From a bacterium CG2_30_37_16 (GTDB taxonomy: Bacteria > Patescibacteriota > CPR2), in contig MNYC01000030.1 of assembly GCA_001872945.1 (NCBI GenBank), positions 1-49,722 on the forward strand: a stretch of DNA of 49,722 nucleotides. The letters are read 5' to 3'. Made by a program: the position numbers and the translations under genes. Under the pieces are notes generated by a model. The model had not been told where the DNA came from. It saw only the letters and a list, made by a program, of their open reading frames with translations, and ran no database searches. Shown here piece after piece: positions 38,474-47,181 of the stretch (positions are counted from its first letter, which is position 1; each line of letters opens with the position of its first letter).

Positions 38474-39891
38474 AACATGCTATCGCAATACAACTTGATG
38501 AAAAAAGTTTAAACATTCAAGACGCTAGGGAGGGCAAAAAGGGTTTTATTTTTGGCAAACCTCTAAGCGTTAAGCTTGAATTTGGCAATATCAAGGAACC
38601 AAATTTTGATAATCTTCACTCCGTACTCCTGAAAATTAAGAAAAAGAATCGACGAAAATTTAAAAAATCTTTTGTCGTTCTTACGCTTCCGGACAGAGTT
38701 GTCTTTTATACAAACGAGTTTATTCCATCAAGTATCAGTCCAAAAGAGATTGAGGATTCAATTAAACTAAATGCCGAGTTAGAAACGCCCATTGTGAAAG
38801 ACGAGTGCGTTATCCATTGGCAGGAAATAGAAAATGTTAGGGGCGAGAAAGGAAAAAAAGAATTTCTTGTCGGCGTAACACCCATAAATTTTATTGAAGG
38901 ACTAATTAATACTTTTAAAAAAACCAATATAAGCTTGCATGCAATTGAAACTTTCGCATTTTCGCATTTTAGATCCGTTAAGGAATCAGTTGATAAAGAA
39001 ACAAATCTGCTTGGAGTTTACGTCATTAATAATGAACTCAGTATTTATGTGGTTGAAGCTGGGAACTTGCGTTTTATTCAAAATGAGAAAATTGAAACCA
39101 AAACTCCTTTTGAATTTGTCGAGCAGGCAATCATAAGAGTACTTAGCTATTACTTTGCCGGCAAGAAAAATTTTAAGATTGACTCTTTTTATTTAGATTT
39201 TAATGAAAGTACTAAAAAGGCTCTTACAATAAAATTACAACAAGACTTAAGCCTCGACATACAATTGGTAGATAAAAATGAAAGATTTTCTAAAGAAAAT
39301 GCTTCAAACATGGTACTAGCTGGGGCGCTAGATCGATCTTTTACGGATCAAATTAATGACGTCGATATTAGCCTAATGCCTTTTGGCGTTAGAGAGGAAT
39401 ATATAAGAGAGAAAAATTATATTTTCCTAGACACCATAGCCAACATTTCCGTTACTCTTGCCCTTGTGATTATCGGGATATTTATATCAGTTCTCGTGTT
39501 TGTTTATAAATACGAATCCAATATTGACGGCTCTATTTCTCTAAACATTGCCGGCCAAAGTCAAAAAAGTGGCGAAATAGAAAAGAGAGCAGAAGAATTT
39601 AATGCCCAAGTAAGCCGGATAAAAAATTTTGAAAATAATGCAATTTTTGTTGATCAATACTTAAAAGATATAAATGATGCTGCCCCAAAAAATACCAAAG
39701 TCGCAAAAATAGAGATTGATAGTCTTAAGCGATCGATTGTAATTGACGGCAATTCAAATACTCGAGATGAAATTTTAGCTTTTAAAGAAGCTTTGAAAAA
39801 CAATAAGAGTTTTATTGAAGTTGACTTGCCGTTGTCATCAATAGAACAAAAAAATAATCCGATTTTTAAAATTAACATAAAGATAAAATAA
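38470..39891 (+). CDS. Fused PilM-PilN pilus assembly protein
   Basis: N-terminal PilM-like domain (LPD..V..., G.LRF); DISLMP (INLLP-like) before a single TM; C-terminal PilN-like domain. Confidence 0.78.
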   Translation: MKHAIAIQLDEKSLNIQDAREGKKGFIFGKPLSVKLEFGNIKEPNFDNLHSVLLKIKKKNRRKFKKSFVVLTLPDRVVFYTNEFIPSSISPKEIEDSIKLNAELETPIVKDECVIHWQEIENVRGEKGKKEFLVGVTPINFIEGLINTFKKTNISLHAIETFAFSHFRSVKESVDKETNLLGVYVINNELSIYVVEAGNLRFIQNEKIETKTPFEFVEQAIIRVLSYYFAGKKNFKIDSFYLDFNESTKKALTIKLQQDLSLDIQLVDKNERFSKENASNMVLAGALDRSFTDQINDVDISLMPFGVREEYIREKNYIFLDTIANISVTLALVIIGIFISVLVFVYKYESNIDGSISLNIAGQSQKSGEIEKRAEEFNAQVSRIKNFENNAIFVDQYLKDINDAAPKNTKVAKIEIDSLKRSIVIDGNSNTRDEILAFKEALKNNKSFIEVDLPLSSIEQKNNPIFKINIKIK

Positions 39892-40421
39892 TGAAACCAA
39901 GCATAAGAAACAAAATAATCATTTCAAAAATTGTCTTAGCTATAATAATTGCAATTTTTTCGATTATTATTTTTCCAAAAAATCTGATCAATACTGCCGA
40001 CCGAATAAACGCAAAAAAAATTACTAAACTAAAACTTAATACTCAAATTAATAATAAAAGCAAACTAGAAAATGACTATAAACTAGCTCTACCCAAAATA
40101 ACAAATTTAGTTAATGTTTTTCCGAAGAGGAAACAGCCGGAAAAGATCTTGGATACTCTCGATGCGCTTGCGGAAAAGAATAAATTAAAACAATCCATAA
40201 AATTTGAATCAATTGTATCACCGTCAGCCGGTATATCAGTAATTGATCCTAAATATCTTTCGCTAACAATAAATTTAAACGGCAATCTGCCTGACATTAT
40301 TAATTACACAAAAGACCTAAACGCGTTGGTTTATTATTCGTATATCGACAACGTCCAAATAAGTAGCGAAGCGTTAATTTCTATAGCGCAAATTAAATTA
40401 AGAATCTTTACGGTGGATTAA
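39891..40421 (+). CDS. PilO-like pilus assembly protein
   Basis: TM, coiled coil, FP....E..L..L..LA, L.G....I..Y...L; follows PilMN. Confidence 0.75.
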   Translation: MKPSIRNKIIISKIVLAIIIAIFSIIIFPKNLINTADRINAKKITKLKLNTQINNKSKLENDYKLALPKITNLVNVFPKRKQPEKILDTLDALAEKNKLKQSIKFESIVSPSAGISVIDPKYLSLTINLNGNLPDIINYTKDLNALVYYSYIDNVQISSEALISIAQIKLRIFTVD

Positions 40422-40639
40422 TGGAAATTAGATATTTATCGAAAAAAACCAAATTGCTTATAACAATAATTATCATTGTTATATTTAGTGCTTTCTTAAT
40501 TAGTGCTGTAATTATTGTAAAAAATGCTTTGTCAAAAATTCTTAACGATAGTTCAGTCGCTCAAAACGAAGCAATAAAATTTAATTTAGATGATTATGCC
40601 TTAATAAAGAAAAAAGATATAATTGAAAATAAGGAATAA
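40421..40639 (+). CDS. Small single-TM protein in the PilP position
   Basis: 72 aa, one TM, TAATG-coupled to pilO. Confidence 0.65.
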   Translation: MEIRYLSKKTKLLITIIIIVIFSAFLISAVIIVKNALSKILNDSSVAQNEAIKFNLDDYALIKKKDIIENKE

Positions 40640-40640
40640 T

Positions 40641-41561
40641 ATGAAAAATAATGACCCCAGCCTCGAACAATTATCAAAATTTTTACTTAGTTCTTCAGAA
40701 TATTCAGTTATCACAAGTACAAACGGTAAGATTACTTCCGTAAACGATAAGCTTCTTCACAAGCTAGGCTTTGCAAAAAATGATATCGTTGGCAAAAGCG
40801 TAAATCTTATCTTTCCTGAAAATAAGAATATCATTAATAATATTTTAGAAAACCGTTTTTCTGGAAATTTTATATCGGGCTTAAATCGGTCAAACAATAT
40901 TACATATATCAAATGGTTTTCTTGCGGTCTCGATTTGGATAGCAATTTCGTTTTGTTTAGCGGCACAGATGTAACCGACATCTTAAGTCAAAGTCATTTT
41001 TTCGAAAACGTTGTTCGACAATCCGCCGAAGTGATAATTGTTATCAGTTTGTCAGGCAACATCATCGACTGGAATATTGGAGCAGAAAATCTTTTGGGAT
41101 ATACAAAAAAAGAGATGGTCGGTCAATCTTTTTTTAAAATTACTCCCGATGACCATATTGAAGAAGCAAAAAAATGTTTAAAATTATTTAGGGACGAAAA
41201 ATGCAAAGACTGCCAATCGAAAAAATTAACAAAGGATGGGAAAATTATTGACGTTTCTGTTTCCGGTAATTTAGTAACGGATAGTTTAGGCAGTCCGGTT
41301 TCTCTTGCGCTTTTTATTCGGGACATCACTGAAATTAAAAAGCAAGAAGGAGAACTAAAATATCATGTGGCAGTTTTGGAAGATAAAAATAAGGCTTTGG
41401 GAATTTTAGAACGCTTTATTGTTTCTAGAGAACTGAAACTAATTGAACTAAAAAAACAAATTAGCGATTTATCTAAACAGGCCACTAAAAACGGTGACGT
41501 TTTGGTATCACCAAATTATGATAGCAATTTTTCAAATACCACTGAAGGAGCTAAAAATTGA
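40641..41561 (+). CDS. Cytoplasmic tandem-PAS protein with C-terminal RELxxxELK coiled coil and no enzymatic output domain
   Basis: Two PAS/PAC units (G.I..VN...LGF...DIVG...DVT; G.I..WN.GAE.LLGY...E.VG...RDIT). ATG 40641 after AAGGA. Confidence 0.88.
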   Translation: MKNNDPSLEQLSKFLLSSSEYSVITSTNGKITSVNDKLLHKLGFAKNDIVGKSVNLIFPENKNIINNILENRFSGNFISGLNRSNNITYIKWFSCGLDLDSNFVLFSGTDVTDILSQSHFFENVVRQSAEVIIVISLSGNIIDWNIGAENLLGYTKKEMVGQSFFKITPDDHIEEAKKCLKLFRDEKCKDCQSKKLTKDGKIIDVSVSGNLVTDSLGSPVSLALFIRDITEIKKQEGELKYHVAVLEDKNKALGILERFIVSRELKLIELKKQISDLSKQATKNGDVLVSPNYDSNFSNTTEGAKN

Positions 41562-43675
41562 TAACAATTCTGGGAACAATTGCTGTTTTGATTATGGGCT
41601 ATGCAGCAACCATATATCCTAGAATTTTTAAATTAATAAGGAAAAGTACTCAAAAAAACAAATGGTATGTGCTTTTTTATCTAATCTGTTATTTTCTGAT
41701 ATTCTATATTGTCTTTTTTGCCTTTGTCCACTTTGGTGCCAAAGCAGATCTTACACTTATTACCGTTTTGATATTCTTTTTTGGATCCATTTATGTGCTG
41801 GAAACTGTTGATATTATGTATAAGACATTACACGAGCTGTTTCTCTCAAATCAAAAAATTAAAACTTATGCAAACTCCTTAGAGGAAATGATTACTAAAA
41901 GAATGTGGGACTTCGAACATAAGAATAAAGAATTGGAAGTTGCTGTAGGCGAACTTACGGATTTTAAGAAAGCCATGCTTAATATTTTAGAAGATATGAG
42001 CGACTCCGAATATAAATTGACCAATGCGCTTAAAGAGTCGGATTCCCTAACAATGGTTTCACAAACAATTGCATGGGCAGCCGATTGGAATAAACTCGTC
42101 AGCTACATAACAAGAGTAATCGGTCTTAATATGGAGTGCGAAAAAACAGTTCTTTTTCTGTCGGATGCTCAAAGTAAAAATTTAATTGCACAATACGGTA
42201 GCTACGAATTTACTAAAAAGGAAATAGATGATCTGAAAATTGAGATTTCAAATTCGATAAATGGTTTAGCTTTCAAAAACAATGAAACTGTATTCAGTCA
42301 AAACGCCGCTGGTGACGCAAGAGTTTGTGCAAAAAAAAATATAATAAATTGTCAAAACATTATTACCGGCCCGATCAGCGATGGAAAAAACATAATTGGA
42401 ACAATTTGCTGCCTTAATTCCAATAAAAATTTATCAGAAAATTACGTAAAAGATTTTTATGAAAAAATGTTAAAAGTAGCTAGCGTGGTCATAACTAACT
42501 CTCAACTGATAAGTAAAATTAAAATCAAAGAAACAGAAGAAGACGCAATCTTAAAAAGTATCGCCGACGGTCTTTTGGTGGTTGACGGCAATGGTTGCAT
42601 TGTCCTCATAAATGATATTGCGGAAGAAAATTTTCGCTTATCAAGAGAAGGTGTTCTTGGCAGAAATGTGAAAAACCTCTTAGGTTTTGATTTTTTGGAG
42701 AATATTCTTATGGATATTGGTTCGCCAATTGATAAGTCTAAAATCGATCAAAGCGGCAAAACTCTGGAGCTATTAAAAGAAAACGAATTATATTATTTGA
42801 CCGATAGCTCCATAAATGAAGATGTAATTAAAATAAAAATGCAACGCAAATTAAATTTAACGTTCGAATTTACTACCGAGCTCACTTTTTCTTTACTTAT
42901 ATCTCCCATAATTAGCGATAAAGGCACTATTATCGGACAGGTAGTTACAATGCATGATATTACTAAGGAAATTCTCTCAAACCAAGCAAAAGACGAATTT
43001 TTATCGGTAACGTCGCACGAACTGAGAACTCCAATGACTGCTATCATGGGAAATCTTAAAATGGTACTTGACGGCGAAGCGGGTACAGTGGCGGAAGAAA
43101 TGAAAGAGTATCTGGAAGACTCGTACACGGGCAGTCAGAGGCTACTTGCACTTGTTGAGGACATGCTAGATATCTCACGGCTAGAACAAGGACGGATGCA
43201 ATATTCAATGTCAGATTTTGACATAAGAGACGTTGCAAAGTCTGTTATCAAAACATTAAAATCCCTTTCCGATCAAAAAAAGATCTATTTAATTTATAAA
43301 GAACCAACAAAACCACTAATGGTTAGGGGAGATCAAAATAAGATTATTCAAATTCTGACAAATTTAGTCGGTAATGCTATAAAATTTACCGATAAAGGAA
43401 ATGTTACCATAAGCCACGACATTGAGGACGATAAAATAATTACCATCGTTAAAGATAGCGGCATCGGTATTTCCAAAGAAGACCAATTAAAATTATTCAA
43501 GAAATTTTCTCAGGTTAATATTAATCCCCGTAGCCAAAGAGGCGGCACCGGACTTGGCCTTTATATATGCCGTCAATACGTGGAAGCCATGAAAGGTAAA
43601 ATTTGGATCCTTTACTCCCAACCTCAAAATGGCACAGCAATGGCTTTTAGCTTGCCAAAAACTGATGATAAGTAA
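41558..43675 (+). CDS. Sensor histidine kinase (3 TM-coiled coil-GAF-PAS-HisKA-HATPase)
   Basis: SIADGLLVVD PAS; HDIT; SHELRTP; NLVGNAIKFT; DSGIGI; GGTGLGL. Confidence 0.95.
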   Translation: MITILGTIAVLIMGYAATIYPRIFKLIRKSTQKNKWYVLFYLICYFLIFYIVFFAFVHFGAKADLTLITVLIFFFGSIYVLETVDIMYKTLHELFLSNQKIKTYANSLEEMITKRMWDFEHKNKELEVAVGELTDFKKAMLNILEDMSDSEYKLTNALKESDSLTMVSQTIAWAADWNKLVSYITRVIGLNMECEKTVLFLSDAQSKNLIAQYGSYEFTKKEIDDLKIEISNSINGLAFKNNETVFSQNAAGDARVCAKKNIINCQNIITGPISDGKNIIGTICCLNSNKNLSENYVKDFYEKMLKVASVVITNSQLISKIKIKETEEDAILKSIADGLLVVDGNGCIVLINDIAEENFRLSREGVLGRNVKNLLGFDFLENILMDIGSPIDKSKIDQSGKTLELLKENELYYLTDSSINEDVIKIKMQRKLNLTFEFTTELTFSLLISPIISDKGTIIGQVVTMHDITKEILSNQAKDEFLSVTSHELRTPMTAIMGNLKMVLDGEAGTVAEEMKEYLEDSYTGSQRLLALVEDMLDISRLEQGRMQYSMSDFDIRDVAKSVIKTLKSLSDQKKIYLIYKEPTKPLMVRGDQNKIIQILTNLVGNAIKFTDKGNVTISHDIEDDKIITIVKDSGIGISKEDQLKLFKKFSQVNINPRSQRGGTGLGLYICRQYVEAMKGKIWILYSQPQNGTAMAFSLPKTDDK

Positions 43676-43699
43676 TATAATCAATGTAAGGAGGACAAT

Positions 43700-44071
43700 A
43701 TGCGAATATTACTTATAGACGACGACCAGTTAATGACCAGAATGTACGAACGTAAATTTAAATTTGAAGGCGACGACATCGTAACAATAGATGATGGCAG
43801 TATGGCGCTGGATCTATTGAAAAAAGACGGCAACTTTGATGTAATATTATTAGATATTATGATGCCGGAGATGAACGGATTTGAATTTATGGAAGAGTTA
43901 AATAAGGACGCCGGCCTAAAACATATCCCCATAATTTTACTAACCAACTTAGTTGGCAGTGACGAGGACGAAAGAAGAGGTATGGATTTAGGTGCAAAAG
44001 CATATTTAGTTAAATCCAGAATGCAACCGAACGAAATTGTCGATGCCATTAGAAAATATGCCGCAAAATAA
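43700..44071 (+). CDS. Single-domain response regulator (CheY-like receiver)
   Basis: LLIDDD; LLDIMMPEMNG (phospho-Asp); LLTN; GAKAYLVK; 123 aa. Confidence 0.95.
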   Translation: MRILLIDDDQLMTRMYERKFKFEGDDIVTIDDGSMALDLLKKDGNFDVILLDIMMPEMNGFEFMEELNKDAGLKHIPIILLTNLVGSDEDERRGMDLGAKAYLVKSRMQPNEIVDAIRKYAAK

Positions 44072-44076
44072 TGCGG

Positions 44077-44105
44077 TTGACAGACAGTCTACTTTTTGAG
44101 ATATT
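44077..44105 (+). promoter_or_regulatory. Internal promoter for the major pilin
   Basis: TTGACA-17 nt-GATATT upstream of the AAGGA RBS. Confidence 0.55.
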
Positions 44106-44131
44106 TTATTATAGTATATTAAGGATGGAAA

Positions 44132-44767
44132 ATGAAAAACAGAAAAAATAGAGGATTTACTCTTATCGAACTTTTGATAGTTATCGGTATCCTCGGTATT
44201 TTAGCGTCAGCCTTGATTTTGGCTTTAAATCCGTCTGAAATGCTTAAAAAAAGCCGTGATTCACAAAGAATTTCGGATTTTAGCACTTTGCAAACTGCTA
44301 TGAATTTAGCTTTTGCAGACAGTCTGGCATTTAAAGCAACAGATCCGGATGACGGAACCTTTACTACGGCACTTAAGACCTATAGTACATTGGCAGATGC
44401 TGCCGGAGCTCCAAGTTTATTTAATTATGATTTTGATCATGATAACGATTCGGGCACACTCAATTTAACCGGCATAGCAGCAGAAGCAACTGTCGTCACC
44501 GACAGCGATAGACAAAACAATACCGGCAAGGGTTGGATACCTATGGATTTCACCGTAATACCCTCGGGAGCACCGGTTGCAGTCCTTCCGTTAGATCCAA
44601 CAAACAGCGGCAGTTATTATTATAGGTTTATCCACACCGGTACAGGTCAATATAAAATTGACTGCGCCATGGAAGCCAGTGCTAACCTAGCAAAACACGG
44701 TAGCGATGGCGGAGCAAATGCCAATCGTTATGAAATTGGAAACAGACTCGATTTTACTACAAACTAA
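44132..44767 (+). CDS. Type IV pilin, probably the major pilin
   Basis: NRG|FTLIELLIVIGILGILA; K.RDSQR.SD; LPLDP; flanked by its own promoter and terminator. Confidence 0.92.
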   Translation: MKNRKNRGFTLIELLIVIGILGILASALILALNPSEMLKKSRDSQRISDFSTLQTAMNLAFADSLAFKATDPDDGTFTTALKTYSTLADAAGAPSLFNYDFDHDNDSGTLNLTGIAAEATVVTDSDRQNNTGKGWIPMDFTVIPSGAPVAVLPLDPTNSGSYYYRFIHTGTGQYKIDCAMEASANLAKHGSDGGANANRYEIGNRLDFTTN

Positions 44768-44778
44768 CGTTTAATTTT

Positions 44779-44810
44779 AAAAAAGCCGCTAAATCTATGG
44801 CGGCTTTTTT
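44779..44810 (+). terminator. Intrinsic terminator after the pilin
   Basis: A6-GCCGCT-aaatctat-GGCGGC-T6. Confidence 0.88.
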
Positions 44811-44849
44811 AATTTGCTTATCTCTATTTTTTATAGTAAAATCAGCCAT

Positions 44850-45452
44850 ATGAACACAGAACATATTATTAGATATTTTGGTTATTTCGGTAATTTATTC
44901 AAATTCTGGCTGCCTCTAGCTGCCCTTATTTTGGTTTCAATAGAAGCTTATCTTTTTATAAAAAAGAAACAAGAATTAAAAATCAAATACATTTATATGA
45001 TTCTTGGATTCATAATTGTTTTTAGCCTTATTGATACGCTTTATTGGATGTTTTTTCAGTATTATCTATACAAAATGCCCGGAAATTTTTTCGGCGAAGC
45101 AGCGCTTAAAAATCCTACCTATCTAAAGATCGTAGCTCTGAACATTTTTCAAGCAAGGTTTCTGATGAACTTCGTTTCTTCTGTTTCGCTTACTGTCGCC
45201 TTATATTTTGTTTACAGATTTAGACCCGGAATCATGACAAAGGAAGAATTATTATTATTTTTTGTAATTTCATTTTTAGTGGGTTGGGAATATGCCGGTT
45301 TCTATTTGGGATCAGCCTTCATAATAATGATTGCCAGTCATATTTATATGATGTATAGAAAAATTGCGGTCAATAGAATTTCAATTTATCCATACTTATT
45401 ACTTACTAGTTTTCCGTTCTTAATCTATAATTTCTGTTTGCTTCTAAAATAG
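44850..45452 (+). CDS. Polytopic membrane protein with a C-terminal half resembling prepilin peptidase A24 but lacking GxGD
   Basis: About 6 TM; PGIMTKEELLLFFVISFLVGW and RISIYPYL echo PilD GMGxGDxKL...LGW and IPFGPFL; located between pilin and pilB. Confidence 0.55.
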   Translation: MNTEHIIRYFGYFGNLFKFWLPLAALILVSIEAYLFIKKKQELKIKYIYMILGFIIVFSLIDTLYWMFFQYYLYKMPGNFFGEAALKNPTYLKIVALNIFQARFLMNFVSSVSLTVALYFVYRFRPGIMTKEELLLFFVISFLVGWEYAGFYLGSAFIIMIASHIYMMYRKIAVNRISIYPYLLLTSFPFLIYNFCLLLK

Positions 45453-45473
45453 ATTTTTCGGGGAGGGTTTTTA

Positions 45474-47180
45474 ATGCTACATGTTTCCGAAGCAGAACTT
45501 AAAAAAGCGCTTACAGCTTCCGGATTTGTTGACGAAAAAGATTTTGAAAAAGCTTATATGGATGCAAAAAGCGCCAACAGGGAGACCGCCGATATACTAA
45601 TAGAGAAAGGAATTCTGTCCGAGGAATATCTGGCAAAAATTATGGCGGATTATTCGGAAATGCCTTATCTAGACCTCAAGTCGGGAAAGATAGACAAGGA
45701 TACTCTTTTTAAAATTTCAGAAAATTATGCAAAATCACATCACGTGGCAGCTGTCGCCGAGGATGATAATAGTATTACTATTGCTATGATAGATCCCATG
45801 GATTTAAAAACTGTACAGTTTCTAGAACATCAACTGAAAAAGTCCATAAAGCCGGCATTTGTTACTCACCAAGGATTAAAACAGGCATTAACATTATACG
45901 AAATCAATGTCGACAAGGAATTCGATAAGATTATAAATGAAAACGTCGGTAAGGCTATCCAATCCGGAACTTCAGATGCCCAGCAGTTGGCTCAGGATCT
46001 TCCGGTTATCAGTATTTTAGAAACCTTAATTGAATACGCATCTTCAGAAGACGCTTCAGATATTCATATCGAATCTTTAGTGGATCAAACATTGATCAGA
46101 TTTAGAGTAGATGGCGTACTTCAAGACATTCTGTGGCTGCCAATAGCGGTTCATACGGCCATTCTTGCCAGAGTCAAGTTAATAGCCGATCTTAAGATTG
46201 ACGAGCATAGACTTCCGCAAGACGGACGATTTAAATATGAAACAGATGAAGCATCGGTCTCAATTAGAGTATCTATTGTGCCAACAATTTACGGCGAAAA
46301 AATTGTTATGCGGCTGCTGTCCGACTCTTCGAGACCTTTAAACTTAGAAGCCCTTGGTTTTGATCAAAAACAGCAAGCTCTCCTAGATGAGCAAATTAAA
46401 AAAACCCATGGAATGATTTTATCTACCGGCCCAACGGGTTGTGGAAAAACCACTAGCCTTTATACTATTATGCATCTCTTAAATAAGCCCGAGGTTAATA
46501 TTTCCACCATTGAAGATCCGGTAGAATACGACATAAAAAGAATTAATCAAATTCAAGTGAATACTAAAACAGGGCTTGGGTTTTCCGACGGGCTACGGAG
46601 CCTGCTTAGGCAAGACCCGGATATTATTATGGTCGGCGAAATCAGAGACGGAGAAACTGCTGAACTTGCTGTTCATGCAGCTCTCACCGGGCACCTCGTT
46701 CTTTCTACTCTTCACACAAATAGTGCGGCTGGCGCCATCCCAAGAATTATCGATATTGGCGTTCAACCATTCCTACTTGCATCAACTGTAAACCTAATAA
46801 TTGCTCAGCGGTTAGTTAGAAGAATCTGCACCAAATGTAATTTTTCAAAGAAGATTAGCGAAAAAGAAGCAATGGATATATTCAAGCATTTAGGGATTGA
46901 GGGCAGCGACATTAAAAAATACAAATCGCCAAATATGGCCTACATGGGCAAGGGGTGTGATGAATGTCATGGATCCGGTTTTAAGGGACAAATTGGAATT
47001 TTTGAAGTACTGGTAGTAAATGACAACATTAGAAACCTCATTATTGATAGCGCGCCGGAAACAAAAATTCATCAATCCGCTGTAAAAAATGGCATGATTA
47101 CTATGCTTCAGGATGGTTTAAACAAGGCCGCCTCGGGCCTTACCACTTATGAAGAAATAATGCGGGTTATTAGGGAGTAA
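45474..47180 (+). CDS. pilB: Type IV pilus assembly ATPase PilB/GspE
   Basis: ASDIHIE; RLPQDGR; Walker A GPTGCGKT; TIEDPVE; LRQDPDIIMVGEIRD; TGHLVLSTLH; CxxC...CxxC. Confidence 0.96.
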   Translation: MLHVSEAELKKALTASGFVDEKDFEKAYMDAKSANRETADILIEKGILSEEYLAKIMADYSEMPYLDLKSGKIDKDTLFKISENYAKSHHVAAVAEDDNSITIAMIDPMDLKTVQFLEHQLKKSIKPAFVTHQGLKQALTLYEINVDKEFDKIINENVGKAIQSGTSDAQQLAQDLPVISILETLIEYASSEDASDIHIESLVDQTLIRFRVDGVLQDILWLPIAVHTAILARVKLIADLKIDEHRLPQDGRFKYETDEASVSIRVSIVPTIYGEKIVMRLLSDSSRPLNLEALGFDQKQQALLDEQIKKTHGMILSTGPTGCGKTTSLYTIMHLLNKPEVNISTIEDPVEYDIKRINQIQVNTKTGLGFSDGLRSLLRQDPDIIMVGEIRDGETAELAVHAALTGHLVLSTLHTNSAAGAIPRIIDIGVQPFLLASTVNLIIAQRLVRRICTKCNFSKKISEKEAMDIFKHLGIEGSDIKKYKSPNMAYMGKGCDECHGSGFKGQIGIFEVLVVNDNIRNLIIDSAPETKIHQSAVKNGMITMLQDGLNKAASGLTTYEEIMRVIRE

Positions 47181-47181
47181 T

